Positions 27,415-41,673 are shown, numbered from the stretch's first letter. The stretch is DNA of 57,851 bases from Octopus sinensis (GCF_006345805.1 NW_021835267.1:1-57851); one strand, 5' to 3'. Notes: generated by a model from the sequence alone, not told the origin. Made by a program: numbers and translations.

Positions 27415-27953
27415 CCACGAATTTTTTTCCCACGACATTTCCGGATTCCAGTTATGAACTCATTTGCATACAGCCAATCAGAGCTCAACTATCAAACTAA
27501 TTTATGGCGCATAATAAGTGATGCGCGATAAGATGAGGTCACTTGGGTAAGGAATGACCATGCTTCTTTTCTCTGTTACTAATGCTTGTTGTTCTTGTTC
27601 CAACCATGGCTGCCTCTGCGAAGTTATTTGTATCGTACTTTACTTTGTAAAACAGTAAGGGAAGAGGGTTGCTAGCGTATCACTCTTTACCCACATTTTC
27701 CCCATCCACATCTTTACCGTATGGGACCCTAACAAAATCCGATAACAGGTATAGATGCAAATATTATTACTTGTCTCCTAAAACCAGGCATAACTTGGCG
27801 ATCGGTCGACTTACAACACCGTCCTTCCTCTTGAGTTTACTTGGTAGAGTGTGTTTGTTAACTTGACAACAAGGCCAAAGTGACTCTGATTAGCTGTATG
27901 CAAATGAATTCATTACTGGGGTCCGGAATTCTCGTGGGGAAAAAAATTTCGCT
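27415..27953. mobile_element. MITE-like element with ~67-bp imperfect terminal inverted repeats, inserted in a family B SINE head
   Basis: 27418-27484 (CGAATTTTTTTCCCACGACATTTCCGGATTCCAGTTATGAACTCATTTGCATACAGCCAATCAGAG) is the near reverse complement of 27884-27951; the SINE head GGCGAGC...GTTAGC stops at ~27411 and resumes at ~27958 (...ATGCTTAGCGGCATTTCG). Confidence 0.75.
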
Positions 27954-27957
27954 AGCG

Positions 27958-28310
27958 AACTGGCATGATGCTTAGCGGCATTTCGTCCGTTTTAGCGTTC
28001 TGAGTTGAAATTTCGCCGAGGTCGACTTTACCTTTCATCCTTTCAGGGTCGATAAAATAAATCCCATTTGGGCTCTGAGATCAATTTAATCGACTTCTGA
28101 CCTTGTGCCAAAATTTGGAACCAATATATATGTTGGCAGAATCGTTAGCACTCTGGACAAACTGCTTAGCGGCATTTTGTCCGTAGTTGACCTCTGAATT
28201 GAAACTCCACCGCGGTCGACCTTGCTTTTCATCTTTTCGGGGTCGATAAAATAAGTACCAGTTGAGCACTGGAGTCGATTTAATCGACTTAACTATACCT
28301 CCGAAACTGC
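27958..28310 (+). mobile_element. Two tandem SINE family B copies
   Basis: Meta-like domain at ~28020-28060 and ~28215-28260. Confidence 0.8.
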
Positions 28311-28314
28311 TGGA

Positions 28315-28382
28315 TTAGTAGCTGCAGTGGTAGTACTAGCAGCAGTAGTGGCGGCAGCAGCAGCAGTAGTTGTAGTAGCAGC

Positions 28383-28446
<64 letters not shown>

Positions 28447-28448
28447 AT
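28315..28448. repeat. (TAG/CAG)n microsatellite
   Basis: Direct reading. Confidence 0.95.
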
Positions 28449-28893
28449 AATCTGCTGTTGTAACAAAAGATAAACAGCAGTAGCTTAGATATTTTTGTTT
28501 GAATAACTTCCACGACCTTTTGTTTAATCTAATCTTTGCAGAAGCTATTTGGTAGAAACTATCACCACTGGACAGGCATCAATCGAACCATTGGAAAGAG
28601 ATAAATAAATGAATTACTCATAACTTTACATATTGCCGCATTGATCCACGAGCAAAAATGGCGGATTCTTTCTATTTATCGATCGAGCAAAATAAAAGTC
28701 TGGAAATAAAATATATGAAACCTTAACTAAATAATAAGCAAATTTGATTAATAAGACGTTAATATTGTTTCTGTTTTGTGGCAGACAGACCAGACAAATA
28801 ATGCTTCCGGCTATTATGAATTTAAATGTATATTTATAAATGGTTAGATAGATTTATTTTATCATTATAACGGGCACACAGAAAGGCGCATAC

Positions 28894-28961
<68 letters not shown>

Positions 28962-29300
28962 ATCTATCTATCTATCTATGTTCATACACAATTACACAGA
29001 TATATACACACATCTTCATATATACATTAATGCAAACACATTAATTCATGCATATATGTATAAATATAAGTTCCTTATTAGTATGCCTATATATATATAT
29101 ATATATATATGTATATACACTTATGTAAATATGTATTATATATGTATACTTATGTATATATGAATATATATATATATATATGTATATATACATTTATAAA
29201 TACATATATTATATATATATATTATATATATATATGCATATGTATATATATGCACACACATAAGCATCTCACTATATACATATCATATATATATATATAT
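28894..29300. repeat. (TCTA)n followed by degenerate (TA)n
   Basis: Direct reading. Confidence 0.9.
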
Positions 29301-29631
29301 GCAGAGAGGGCGAGAAGGAGAGGGAGGGGAGGGAGGAGAGAGTGAGAAAGAAAGAGTAAGAGGAAGAGAGAGAATGGTGTAAGCGCTGGTGTGTGTGTGT
29401 GTGTGTGTGTCCCACTGCTATCTCATATTATCCGATTTTTGGCTGTGTAATCGACTGGATATAATAATGGAGATAGATAAGAATAATATATTAGTTATCG
29501 AATTTTATAAATTTATCAATTTTTAGCCATAATATTGTGTATAATATATCGATTTTTTAAAACATCGATCGTTACCTGGAGCCATACATCGTTCGGAACA
29601 GTGTATCTCACAATAGTGAGTATATTAATTA

Positions 29632-30048
29632 CAAATTTCAAGGGATGAGATAACTCGATTACATCGACTCCAATGTTCCACTGGTACCTATTCTATCGAT
29701 CACGTTAGGATGAAAGGCTAAGTTGACCTTGGTGGAATTTGAACTCAGAACGAAAAGACAGACGAAGTGCTAAATATTTTATCCGGCGTGCTAACGATTC
29801 TGCCACCTTGTCTTGCGTTGCGCTCGCTGAATATCTATCCCTTTATTGCCCACAGGGGGTTAAACATAGAGGGGACAAACAAAAACAGACAAAGGGATTA
29901 AGTCGATTACATCGACTCCAATGTGTAACAGGTACCTGTTTTATCAACCCTGAAAAGATGAAAGGCTAAATCGACCTCGACGGGATTTGAACTCAGAACG
30001 CAACTCAGAGCATTTCGCCCGGCGTGCTAACGATTCTGCCAGCTCGCC
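29632..30048 (-). mobile_element. Two SINE family B copies; the right one carries the LINE-like tail
   Basis: CGGCGTGCTAACGATTCTGCCA at ~29785 and ~30020; tail TTTATTGCCCACAGGGGGTTAAACATAGAGGGGACAAAC at ~29842. Confidence 0.85.
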
Positions 30049-30099
30049 TGTGTTGCGATCGCACAACATTGGCTTCAATGTCTGGTGCAAGCTCAGCAA

Positions 30100-30412
30100 T
30101 TTCCTCCTTTCTTCCACCCGACCTCCCCTTCCTTCTCCTTTTCCCTCCTCCTCCATCTTTCTCCCGACCTCCCATTCCGTCTCCTTTTCCCTCCTCCTCC
30201 TCCTTCCTTGTTCTCCCCTTCCTCCTCCTTTTCCCTCTTCTTCTTCTTCTTCTTCTTCTTCTTCTTCCTCTTCCTCCTCCTCCTCCTCCTTTCTCTTCTT
30301 CTTCTTCTTCCTCCTCCTCCACCTCCTTTCTTCTTTCTCTTCCTCCGTTCCTTTCTCCTTCCCCTTCCTTCCTGTTTCCTCCTCCTCCTCCCCCTCTCCC
30401 CCCTTTCCTTCT
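30100..30412. repeat. Polypyrimidine (CTT/CCT)n low-complexity tract
   Basis: Direct reading. Confidence 0.95.
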
Positions 30413-31307
30413 CAGGTCATCACCTTCAACCACATCCCACATCCCAAATGACTCTTCTACAGACATCAATGTCACACATTGCCATAACTAATTCTCGTCT
30501 TCGTATTCTCTGCTGTAGTTTCGCCCCAACTCAGTTTCCATTAAAAACGATCAAATTTTGAGTATTTTTTCCTTCCTTTCAGAAATTAATCGAAGGCAAT
30601 ATTCTGGTATCAATATCCATTCTGTTTTAAAACAGTAATTTGTTTTTTCAGGGGATTTGGTTGCCATTCTGGCATGTCGAGCGATCAAGTAAAGACCCCT
30701 TAGGTGATTTGCCATGAGTTTGTTTTTAAATTTTAATGATTGTCATGTATCACGCAAATCCCACGTGTTTGTGGGATTAGAAGAGAGAAATGTGCCGATT
30801 TAACCGCCTCCGTCGCCATTTGACCTCCATTTCTTCTATAGACCTGTAAAGGATGGATAAAAAAGATGATTGTCAGGGACGTAAATGGATGTAACTAAAT
30901 ACTATAAGGGATTTTATCCAGCCCTTTACTGATCTGTCGATTGATATCTCTTTGTTTGAAATTATAATGGCTTTTAAGATCCTTTTTATCAGCGCGTTTT
31001 ATTATTTCACCCCCCGACACTTTCACCGCTAAACGCTGCGCCAGTGACAGCTTAATGCCGTATCAATCAATGGTTTGATGGTTTTATTATGAAAACGATT
31101 TGTATTCATGACTACGCCTGATAATCTGCTCAACTCCTTCTGTGTCTTATTAAGCAATTTCCATGGGGCTAAAACACGTGACTTCGATCGATCGAATTAT
31201 TAATTCTGAAGAGATTAGATTTGAAAAAAAAAAAAAAAAAAAAAGTTAATAATTCTGCACAAGTTAGAAGCGAAATTCTGAACAAAAAAAAAAAATGTTT
31301 AACAGTT

Positions 31308-31708
31308 GCAGGAGTGGCTGTGTGGTAAGTAGCTTGCTTACCAACCACATGGTTCCAGGTTCAGTCCCACGGCGTGGCACCTTGGACAAGCGTCTTCTAC
31401 GGTCAAAGCCTTGTGAGTGGATTTGGTAGACGGAAACTGAAAGAAGCTTGTCGTATATATGTATATGCATATATATATGTGTGTTTGTGTTTTGTGTGTC
31501 TGTGTTTGTCCCCCCCCCCAACATCGCTTGACAACTGATGCTGGTGTGTTTACGTCCACGTAACTTAGCGGTTCGGCAAAAGAAAACGATAGAATAAGTA
31601 CAAGGCTTACAAAGAATAAGTGCTGGAGTCGATTTGCTCGACTAAAGGCGTGTGCTCCAGCATGGCCACAGACAAATAATGACTGAAACAAGTCAAAGAG
31701 TAAAAGTG
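31308..31708 (+). mobile_element. SINE family C, near full length
   Basis: Head GCAGGAGTGGCTGTGTGGTAAG...GGTTCAGTCCC, CORE-like GGCACCTTGGACAAG, internal TA/TG microsatellite, tail CTGAAACAAGTCAAAGAGTAAAA. Confidence 0.9.
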
Positions 31709-32664
31709 TAACAAAGTTTACACTTTAATCTAAAGACACAAAGAGTTAACATATGATGATGCTATGTATGATGCTAGACTGTTAAAAATAGCAGCTATAT
31801 GTCCCTTAAACTAGATTTTATTATCTTAAGAAACAGAGTGGGGCTGTGAAATGTAATCGTTGACGCATTCTCTGGAAATAAAAGTGTAGGTCAAGTGTGG
31901 AACGCTTTGATCATTAGATTGCTCATTTAAAGGTAGCCTATGGCTAAGCAGCGATGACAGCAGCCACAACAATAATATACAATAACCACTTCAGGAAAGA
32001 TATTTAAATAGCTGAACATATAATCTACATAGAAATATGTGACACTCACACCAGTCTGCTGTGCATTGTACTTGAGAGCTTCTATAGTAACTTATATCTG
32101 GAAACAGCAACGATGATATTTCATTATGTGAGGAAGCAATGCAGCTCTCATTCGAAAGTGCTTAAGATTAGGCCTAACAACCTTAAGTAGAAGAGTAACT
32201 TCAATATCAACATATTAAGTAATGCTATTCTAAACGATCTCACTTTGAAGCTTGGAAGTTGTACAAAATCATCAGCAATCGCATTTTATTGTAAACAAAC
32301 ATGAATACTAAGAAGGTAACAGCAAATAGTATGAACGGATAGGAAAAATAAAACAATATAAAATGGCGTTGATTAGACTGAAGGTGTTACATGACAACGG
32401 AAATATTTCTAAATGAAATAGATTTATGCAACGAGAAGCAACTACTGGCAATAAGATAGGTCAGCATTTCATTCAGAAAATCTGAATTACACTTGTAGTT
32501 TTGTTTCATTCAGAAACACTTCAACAATGCATTTACTACAATTATTTGCTGGTTCGAAAACATGAAAAAACGTATTCCATTGCTGTGGCGGTCTTCATAG
32601 GAAATCATTAAATTCTTGCATAATTCACATGTTTGGCATCGTATTTTTCTTTTTTTTTTTAGGA

Positions 32665-33040
32665 AAGCTGTGTAGCTGTGACTGTGAGGTAAGAAGATTC
32701 CCTGCAGAAAGTAGAGCAAACCAATACCTCGTGAGTAGATCCGGAAGACGGAAACTGAAAGAAGCCTGTCATAGATATATGTGCCTGTGTGGGGTGGGTG
32801 GATGTATTCTTATATTCTTTCTTTTATTCTTTTATTTGTTTCAGTCATTTGCGGCCATGCTGGGGCACTGCCTTTAGTCGGAGAAAATAGTGCCAGGACT
32901 TATTGTTTTATAAGCCTAGTATTTATTCTATCGGGATCTTTTGTCGAACAGCTAAGTTATGGGAACATAAACACACCAACACCGGTTGTCAAGCGATGGT
33001 GAGGGGACAAATACACACGCACACAAATAAATACGTACAG
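32665..33040. mobile_element. SINE family C fragments: 5' half (+) facing 3' half (-)
   Basis: GACGGAAACTGAAAGAAGCC at ~32747 (+); GCGGCCATGCTGG...GTTGTCAAGCGATG at ~32851-32998 (-). Confidence 0.7.
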
Positions 33041-33042
33041 AC

Positions 33043-33174
<132 letters not shown>

Positions 33175-33305
33175 ATGTGTGTGTGTGTGTGTGAGTGTGT
33201 GTGTGTGTAGGTATATCAGAATTCACTAATGAATATATTTAATATGTATCGGTGCCATTAAGTTAGTTGTAGCCTGGATCAATCTTTGGTCGAACCATTT
33301 CTAAT

Positions 33306-33421
33306 TTCGGTGATTTATGCAGGACCCTTCATCCTGTTTGAAATAATTTTAAATATATAGGCGCAGGAGCGGCTGTGTGGTAATTAGTTAGGTTACCAAC
33401 CACGTGGTTCCGGGTTCAGTT
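33306..33421. repeat. 116-bp exact inverted duplicate of 38040-38155 (unique flank plus SINE C head)
   Basis: Base-by-base comparison by eye found no mismatch; followed by a 20-bp tandem duplication at 33418-33457. Confidence 0.92.
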
Positions 33422-33707
33422 ATGTATCTTCTCATTGAGTTATGTATCTTCTCATTGAATTCTAAAATTGTATAGTACGCGTATAACACTAAATGGTAAA
33501 GAGTACCAGTTGCCGAGGCAACGAATGATCAACTTCCTCGGAGTTTATTATTTGAAAACGGAACGAGGTATTGAAACAGGGTGTATTCAGATGCAAAATA
33601 ATTTGATTCCATGCAGAGACAACCGTAACACCGTATGTTGAAATACGCATCTCACTCACATTCTCGTATAATTGTACACACAGACACACAGACACACACA
33701 GACACAG

Positions 33708-33742
<35 letters not shown>

Positions 33743-33818
33743 CATTGGTTTATATACGCTGGCGGAAAAAAGACTGTTCATCAGGAGTCAATCTTATGGA
33801 AAATTGTGTATATTTTAG

Positions 33819-33905
<87 letters not shown>

Positions 33906-34757
33906 AGAGAGATAGTATTGTAGCTTCGTTAGTCAATTATGCAAAACTTGAATAATTCTTCAAACGGAAGCATTATAAAATTGCAGACACACACGCTTAC
34001 GTACGTATATGCGTACGTATATGCATGTATGTACGTACGTATGTTGGTATGTATGTATGTATGTATGTATGCAACTATGGTATGCATGTATATATGTATA
34101 TGTATGTATGTTTGTATGTATATTATGCAAGCACATAGATCTTGTAAATATGTATATGTGTATATGTATGTGCGTGTCTACGTACATATATTTATACATA
34201 ATTCTACATATATATATCTTCATAGATACTTACACACACATTCATACTCAAACACACTCGCACACACACACACACATTCACACACACACACACACACTCA
34301 TACATACATACATATATTTATAGAGTAACTCATATTTCTAAATGTATACGATACAACTCTATGCTGAGACCTCTTCAACTGTTTGTGTAAAGCTATTACG
34401 ACCCGACCAGGCCGGGGCACCACCCGGCTGTGTAATCTCGATGTTAAGATATATTCTTTTATCTTTAATCATTTACTTCTTTCAGTCATTAGACTGCGGC
34501 CATGCTGGAGCACCGCTTGAGAAACATTTAGTTAAATGAATTCGCCATAGTATTTCTTTAAGCCTAATAATTTATCGCTCTCTTTTGCCAAGCAGTGGGA
34601 CACAGACACATACGGACGCGGGCTCGCACGCACGCATGCACACATGTGTACCTCAATGTTACACTTTTAATTATAATCTCATCTTTGCCATGGGGACATT
34701 TCCCGTCGAAATCTTTGCATTTTGTTTGACTTAGGAATTTTCGTTAATAAGTAACAA

Positions 34758-34805
<48 letters not shown>

Positions 34806-34806
34806 C

Positions 34807-34866
<60 letters not shown>

Positions 34867-34891
34867 GTCTATCTATCTATCTATCTATCTA
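34758..34891. repeat. (TCTA)n microsatellite
   Basis: Direct reading. Confidence 0.95.
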
Positions 34892-34900
34892 CTGTCTATA

Positions 34901-35428
34901 TATTAAAAAGTAGGAGCAGGTAAAATTGCTTCAAAAAATCACAGAATACATACGTCCATAATATAAATAATATTGTATTAATAGGTAAATATATAAAGTA
35001 TGGTTATTTAAAAGGCTTGTGATATTTTACGATCGTTGTATAAACCCTTCGAAATGTAATCCAAAATTGAAAACCATTATTAGGTAATACGTCCACTCGT
35101 CAGAGAAAAGGATGGATTTCCGTCTGGTCAATCGAATTAAGGAGATGCTATTTAAAAACGTATGCCGAAGTTTGCACCAATGTACAACTATATCAGTAAC
35201 TGTTTTAAACAAAATCTTCATCATACGATTGCGCATACGGAAGTTCATCCTTTTCTCTGACGGGTGGATGTATTACCTAATAATGGTTATCAATTTTGGA
35301 TTTCATTTCCAAGGGTAATACATTCATGAAGCGATCGTAAGATATCTTAAACCTTGTAAATAATCGTACTTATATATTTATCTTTCGTGATTTTTGGATG
35401 TAATTTTTCTTGCTCTTACTTTATAATA
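34901..35428. mobile_element. Fold-back (long imperfect palindrome) element, MITE-like
   Basis: 35027-35123 is the near reverse complement of 35237-35340; ends TATTAAAAAGTAGGAGCAGG / TCTTGCTCTTACTTTATAATA also pair; the ORF track shows near-identical peptides on opposite strands. Confidence 0.8.
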
Positions 35429-35605
35429 ATCGCTCTTTTTAAATCTCTAAATACCTTTAAGCTTTTAGATATTTCCCTATCAAGGGCACTTATTCGAAAT
35501 TCAGTATACAGTATTCTCAAAGAATATACCTGATTAACCATATATATGTATATATATATATATACATATATGCACAGATATGTATGTCTACATATACATA
35601 GATCG

Positions 35606-35636
<31 letters not shown>

Positions 35637-37644
35637 ACATATATGCATAAATACATACATACATATATATTTATATGTATGAATGTACATATACATATAT
35701 TCATAAACAGACCCCTCCGTATATACATACATATATATTTTTTAATAATATATACACATGTAAATATATGTATATATATATACATGTATGTACATATATC
35801 TCTATATATGTTTATATATGTATATGCATATATATATATATGTGTGTGTGTGTGTATGTCTGGATATATCTGTGATTTCATGCATATTAATCTACGTATT
35901 TACTCATTTCTGTATTTCTTTCTCTTCATTAAGCCTACCGCAGTTTATAAATTAAGTACATTGAATCTGTTCTCGTATCTGAATGCCCAAAGACGAATCA
36001 GTCCTGATTGATAGAGCCATTGAATATTTTATACAAATAGCCCGATACTGAAGCAAATCAAAGAAAAATCTTCATATCGAGTTCACTTAGCAGTCATTTT
36101 AAAATTCAGTATTTCGTCTACTTTGAATCTTTTATATATATATAAAAAATATATAAACAACAAAATATGTTTAAAAAGTAAAACCAAATTTGCTTTATCA
36201 TTAATCTATTGATTAGACGGTTCCGAGTATATTTTGACCTTTATTGCCTTTGCGGTAAATATTGTAGGTTTCTATATAATAAACCTTATAGACTCTGGTG
36301 AATATTTTTTGCAGACTTGAGTCTATTTCATGTTAGCTTGACTACAACAATGATGATATCATTCCTATATATTTTCACCGCAATAGCCCATGGATGCCTT
36401 TTGTGTGAGCGCTGCACGCTGCCGCTGGAGCATTCATTATAAATAGTGTGCGTTCGTTGGTTTTGAAGCTATGTCTTACGACAGAAGCATTTCTGATCCA
36501 GTGAGCGTTAGACTTATTTCCCTTCGACATATCACGGAACCTTTAATGGTTATGAACTGCTGAAGCGTTAACTTGAAGAGATGACCTTATGCAAGTTTTC
36601 TATGGAGGTTCTTAATCTAACAACCTATAATCAGCGAAGATCATTAAGACGATGGATCCTCAGCGTCTACCTATGTTAAACAGTCTGTGGTTGATCTGAG
36701 CAGGCAGAATATTAAATGAAATTATATTCGGAAAACAAATTGCTTAGACTAAATTCGCGGAGATAATCGATAATTGACCTATTAATGTCTGTGTATATGC
36801 AGTTTAATTTGATGAAGCTAAAAAAAAATGTTCACCACATTGCTTTATTAATTCCTATTTATAGAAGAGGGAAAAGAAAGTGTAACGTTCGTATCTGATA
36901 GAAAGATAATGGTTTCAGACATGCGTGGAATTTGTATGGAAATGTTACAGTGAAGTGAGAGGCATGCGGCTTGTTACTATCTGTGGTATGTATGGTCTCC
37001 AGTGAAAATGAAACCAAAGTGAGAAGCAATTAATAACCAAATTTTGAAAAGTATTTGGTAATAATTTCTCTGATAAATCGTCTGCCCTATCACTTTCGAA
37101 CGATGAAACTAGTCCTAACGTTGCGACTGTAAAAGAGAATTAAAAAATTAAGAGTCGGATTAAATCATATGAGGCTTGTAATTAAATATTCTAGTTAATT
37201 ACTTGGTAGATGAGTGGCTAATACCAAACGCTTAAGTCATTCGGCTATTAAAATGGGGCGAACATTTCGCGTGAATGGTGCTATAGAATGAACTGGGATC
37301 GTTGGTACTTCTTGTTTATATCATAAATTGAATTCTCTCCACAATACTTAAATATCAGAAAATTATCACGTTTTCTATTTTCAAGACAAGAGATCAAACT
37401 CCGTTTCAGTGAAAATGATTTAATGGAATGAAACAGGCTACATAAAAATTTTATTTTACTATTTCAGGATCCTGTCATGATACGTCATCTTGACATCTTT
37501 ATTTTCATGCTTTTAATTAAACTCGTTAAAACTGGTATGAAATCATATTAAATAGAGAGAAATTGAGGCTTATTTCTGAACAAATGGGTTTCATATTAAG
37601 CAATTTCTTCATTATTTTATAACGTTATAGATATTATATATTAT

Positions 37645-38102
37645 TCTTTTACTTGTTTCAGTCATGGCTATGCTCGAGCGCCGCCTTTAGTAGAAAAAAA
37701 TCGATCCCAGGACTTATTCTTTGTAAGCCTAGTATTTATTCTATCTGCTTCTTTTGCCTAACCGTTAAGATACGGGAACGTGAACACACCAATATCGGTT
37801 GTCAAGCGATGTTGTGGGGACAAACACAGACAAACAAACATATACACATGCATATATCGAGGCCTAATATCTCATATATATATATATAAGAGATATTAGA
37901 CCTTGATATATGTATGTGTGTGAGTATATATATATACACGACGGGCTTCTTTAAGTTGCCGTCTACCAAATTCACTGGCAAGGCTTTGGTCGGCCCGAGG
38001 CTATAGAAGAAGACACTTTCCCAAGGTGCCACGCGGTGGAACTGAACCCGGAACCACGTGGTTGGTAACCTAACTAATTACCACACAGCCGCTCCTGCGC
38101 CT
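37645..38102 (-). mobile_element. SINE family C, full length
   Basis: Reverse complement matches 31308-31708; head GGCGCAGGAGCGGCTGTGTGGTAA. Confidence 0.9.
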
Positions 38103-38569
38103 ATATATTTAAAATTATTTCAAACAGGATGAAGGGTCCTGCATAAATCACCGAATCTTTCCTCTTTCTCACAAAAAAGAAATATCTAAAAAGGCTTGTC
38201 AGTCCACCTCATGGTTCCAGCCGACAAAAGTGAAAAGAGGTTGCAAATTATTTATCAAAATGCAGGGCTGAAAGCATAATATCTCTAGATAAATGTTGCA
38301 GACAATTTTTTGAAAATCTAAAAGCTATCGTTACGGAAAATAAATAAGCGCATAGTACCACGTTACTTTCGCAATATTAGCCTAAGTCTCAGAATACTGG
38401 AACTTAAAGTGCACGCTGGTCGACCATAAGCTGTGGTTGATCCACATTGTCACCAACGGACGTTCGAAAGTTGTCGATGAGCTCTTTCAATAATTAATTC
38501 TTCGTAGATCCAGCTTATCACTTAAGTGTCAGTATCGATGGCAATACTCTCGATCATGTATGCGTATGC

Positions 38570-38601
<32 letters not shown>

Positions 38602-39235
38602 ATGTGTGTGTGTGTGTATGTGTGTGTGTATATATACACACGCACACATGCACACACAGACACACACACACACGCACGCACGCACACACGCTCATATATG
38701 TTCGTGTGTATGTATAGCATAGATAAAAATGTGGAGAATGAAAGAAAATGAAAGAACACGGAACGATTTCACACAATCGTGAAGACTGCAAACAATGGCA
38801 TTATTGACGGTAAAACAAAAGGAATATATCTTTAAGTGAAAACAGAATCAATAAGGGACGTTTTTTTTTCCTTTTTTACGCAACAGTTTTTTGGCTTTTG
38901 GACACAGAATGATGTCCATAGATAGAAGATATCTCCGCCAGAAGAACAATGGTTTCCATTAAATTATATTTCATGTATTCGTTATACTAGATTTACAGAA
39001 CAATAACTTTTGCATTTGAGCTTTAGGCAAAGAATAACAATTATCTGATGGATCAGAAGACGAGTAGGAGGGAAAGGGGTAACGCAGAGGCTGGATGTTG
39101 CGAAAATGGGCTAGAAATATATAAAACGTTGCCGAACACGTGGAACGAATAATATTATTAATCAAAACTTAAAGTTGAAGAACAATAGCAACCAAAAGCT
39201 ATTTCCATTGTGATAATAATGGTGAGTTTCCGAAT

Positions 39236-39241
39236 GATAAT

Positions 39242-39275
<34 letters not shown>

Positions 39276-39452
39276 ATATAATAATAATAATCATAATAAT
39301 AATAATAATGATAATAATAATAATAACTATAATAATAATAATTAATAATAATAATATAATAATAATAATAACAATAATAATAATATTAATAATAATAATA
39401 ATAATAACAATAACAATAATAATAATATAATAATAATAATAATAATAATAAA

Positions 39453-39494
<42 letters not shown>

Positions 39495-39504
39495 TAATAA
39501 TAAT

Positions 39505-39543
<39 letters not shown>

Positions 39544-39548
39544 TAATA

Positions 39549-39587
<39 letters not shown>

Positions 39588-39623
39588 TAATAATAATATT
39601 AATAATAATAATAATAATATAAC

Positions 39624-39660
<37 letters not shown>

Positions 39661-39661
39661 T

Positions 39662-39696
<35 letters not shown>

Positions 39697-39770
39697 TAAT
39701 AATAATATTATAATAATAATACATAATAATAATATTAATAATAATAATAACAATAATAATAATAATAATA

Positions 39771-39816
<46 letters not shown>
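39236..39816. repeat. Long (AAT)n microsatellite
   Basis: Direct reading; source of the spurious 223-aa ORF. Confidence 0.97.
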
Positions 39817-39818
<2 letters not shown>

Positions 39819-40352
39819 GTAAGCTAGCCCATACAAGATTCGGCGATAGGCAGAGACAAAGACACGCCAAGGCGCGTCAGGCATCAGTAGCATATCGCAG
39901 ATACAAGCACATACTTCGCCAAACATACATGCAAAAGCATACAGACGCACATAGATAACATGTTGCTTAAAGCAAGAAGGATTTCTTCCAAGCCTGAATA
40001 GAGGACTTGATGTTTGAAAGGCAGAGGGCAGAGTAATTGTTAGAGTAATTTAAAGTTATACTCGATTGCCAGAAGACTACATTTTGGCTCATACGAACTT
40101 CAGACACCCATCCTACTCCTCCGTTGCCATAGTCTACACATAACCTTATACATCTGTGTGTGTGTGTGTGTGTGTGTGTGTGGTGTATGTGTGCGTGCGC
40201 GCGTGTGTGTATGTGAGTATATATATATATATATATGAATGTATATATGCGTGTGTCTGCCTTTGTATGAATACATGCAGACATATATATTTGCATATGT
40301 GTTTATATACACATTTGTGATATGTGTGTGTGTTTGTGTTTCTGTATGTATG

Positions 40353-40356
<4 letters not shown>

Positions 40357-40422
<66 letters not shown>

Positions 40423-40465
40423 ATCTATCTATCTATCTATCTATCTTTCTAACTCTCTATCTATT
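40357..40465. repeat. (TCTA)n microsatellite
   Basis: Direct reading. Confidence 0.95.
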
Positions 40466-41673
40466 TATACCAATACACACATATTTATAAGTCATATATA
40501 TTCACACAAATATATAAAACATACACAAAGACATCCAAACGTAAATACACACAGACACACATCATCCATGGCAGTATCATTTTCTCTGCAAAGAGCTTAC
40601 CTCACACACGAGTATTTTTATCATCTCTACTTAGCCACTTTCAATGCCTCGTTCAATCCTCCTTGACTCAGTTACTCAATCACTCACTCCACTTGTTTTT
40701 CCTTTCACCATATTTTCTTTCCTTTCTTTATATATTGCCATTCTGCGCGATACTTCTAAGCTATCTTACAACGAAAGCCATATTTTGAAATACTGCAATT
40801 ATTTCCCATTTTTCCTTCGGTATTTTATATATATATATTTTTTGATATTTCTCTCGGCCATAATCCGACTGGATATTGTTATCAATGCAAACCAGATACT
40901 TCATATCTATCGCCTCATCACTCGCATGGAGATAATTATAAAGGTAGACGCTATAAGTGTATATAGAGAATATAACGCAGGAGAAAAAAAATGAAAGTAA
41001 AATGAACAACAATGTGATGAATGAAAAGGAGAGAGAAAGCTTTCGTGCTTTGGTTTAATTCAATTGATATGGAATGTATAAATTATATCGCTGCAGCTGA
41101 TAAAATATGTAATTCACTTGGCGGCAACAGGCTATTTTCTTAAATCCAAACCAATAATCAGATTGGTAGCTCCTTCATGGAGTTGGCTTCTTAGCTGTAA
41201 GTGATTATATAATTTCGTGTACACACACACACACTTATATATATGCACATAATGTTGGTATACATAGGTATATATTTACATATGCGTATATTATATATAG
41301 TACATAATAAATAAATATATTATATATATATGTAGAATGTATCATCTCTGTTTCTCTATGTATATGTACGCACACACACATACACACACACATGCAAAAA
41401 TGCTAGTTCTAAAATCTGCGCATATATGTGTGTGTGTGTGTGTCTGTGTGTGTGTGTGTGTGTGTATGCATGTATGTATATGCATACATGTATAGGTGTA
41501 GGCACGGCTGTGTTGTAAAAAGCTTCCTTCCCAACCACATGGTTCCAGGTTCAGTTTCAGAATGTGACACTTTGACCAAGTTTCTTGTTCTATACAGTTC
41601 TCTATTTAAGAGATGAGGAATTATTTACATTATTTACATTTGACGGATTTTTGTCCTCATCTTGTTTGTTGTT

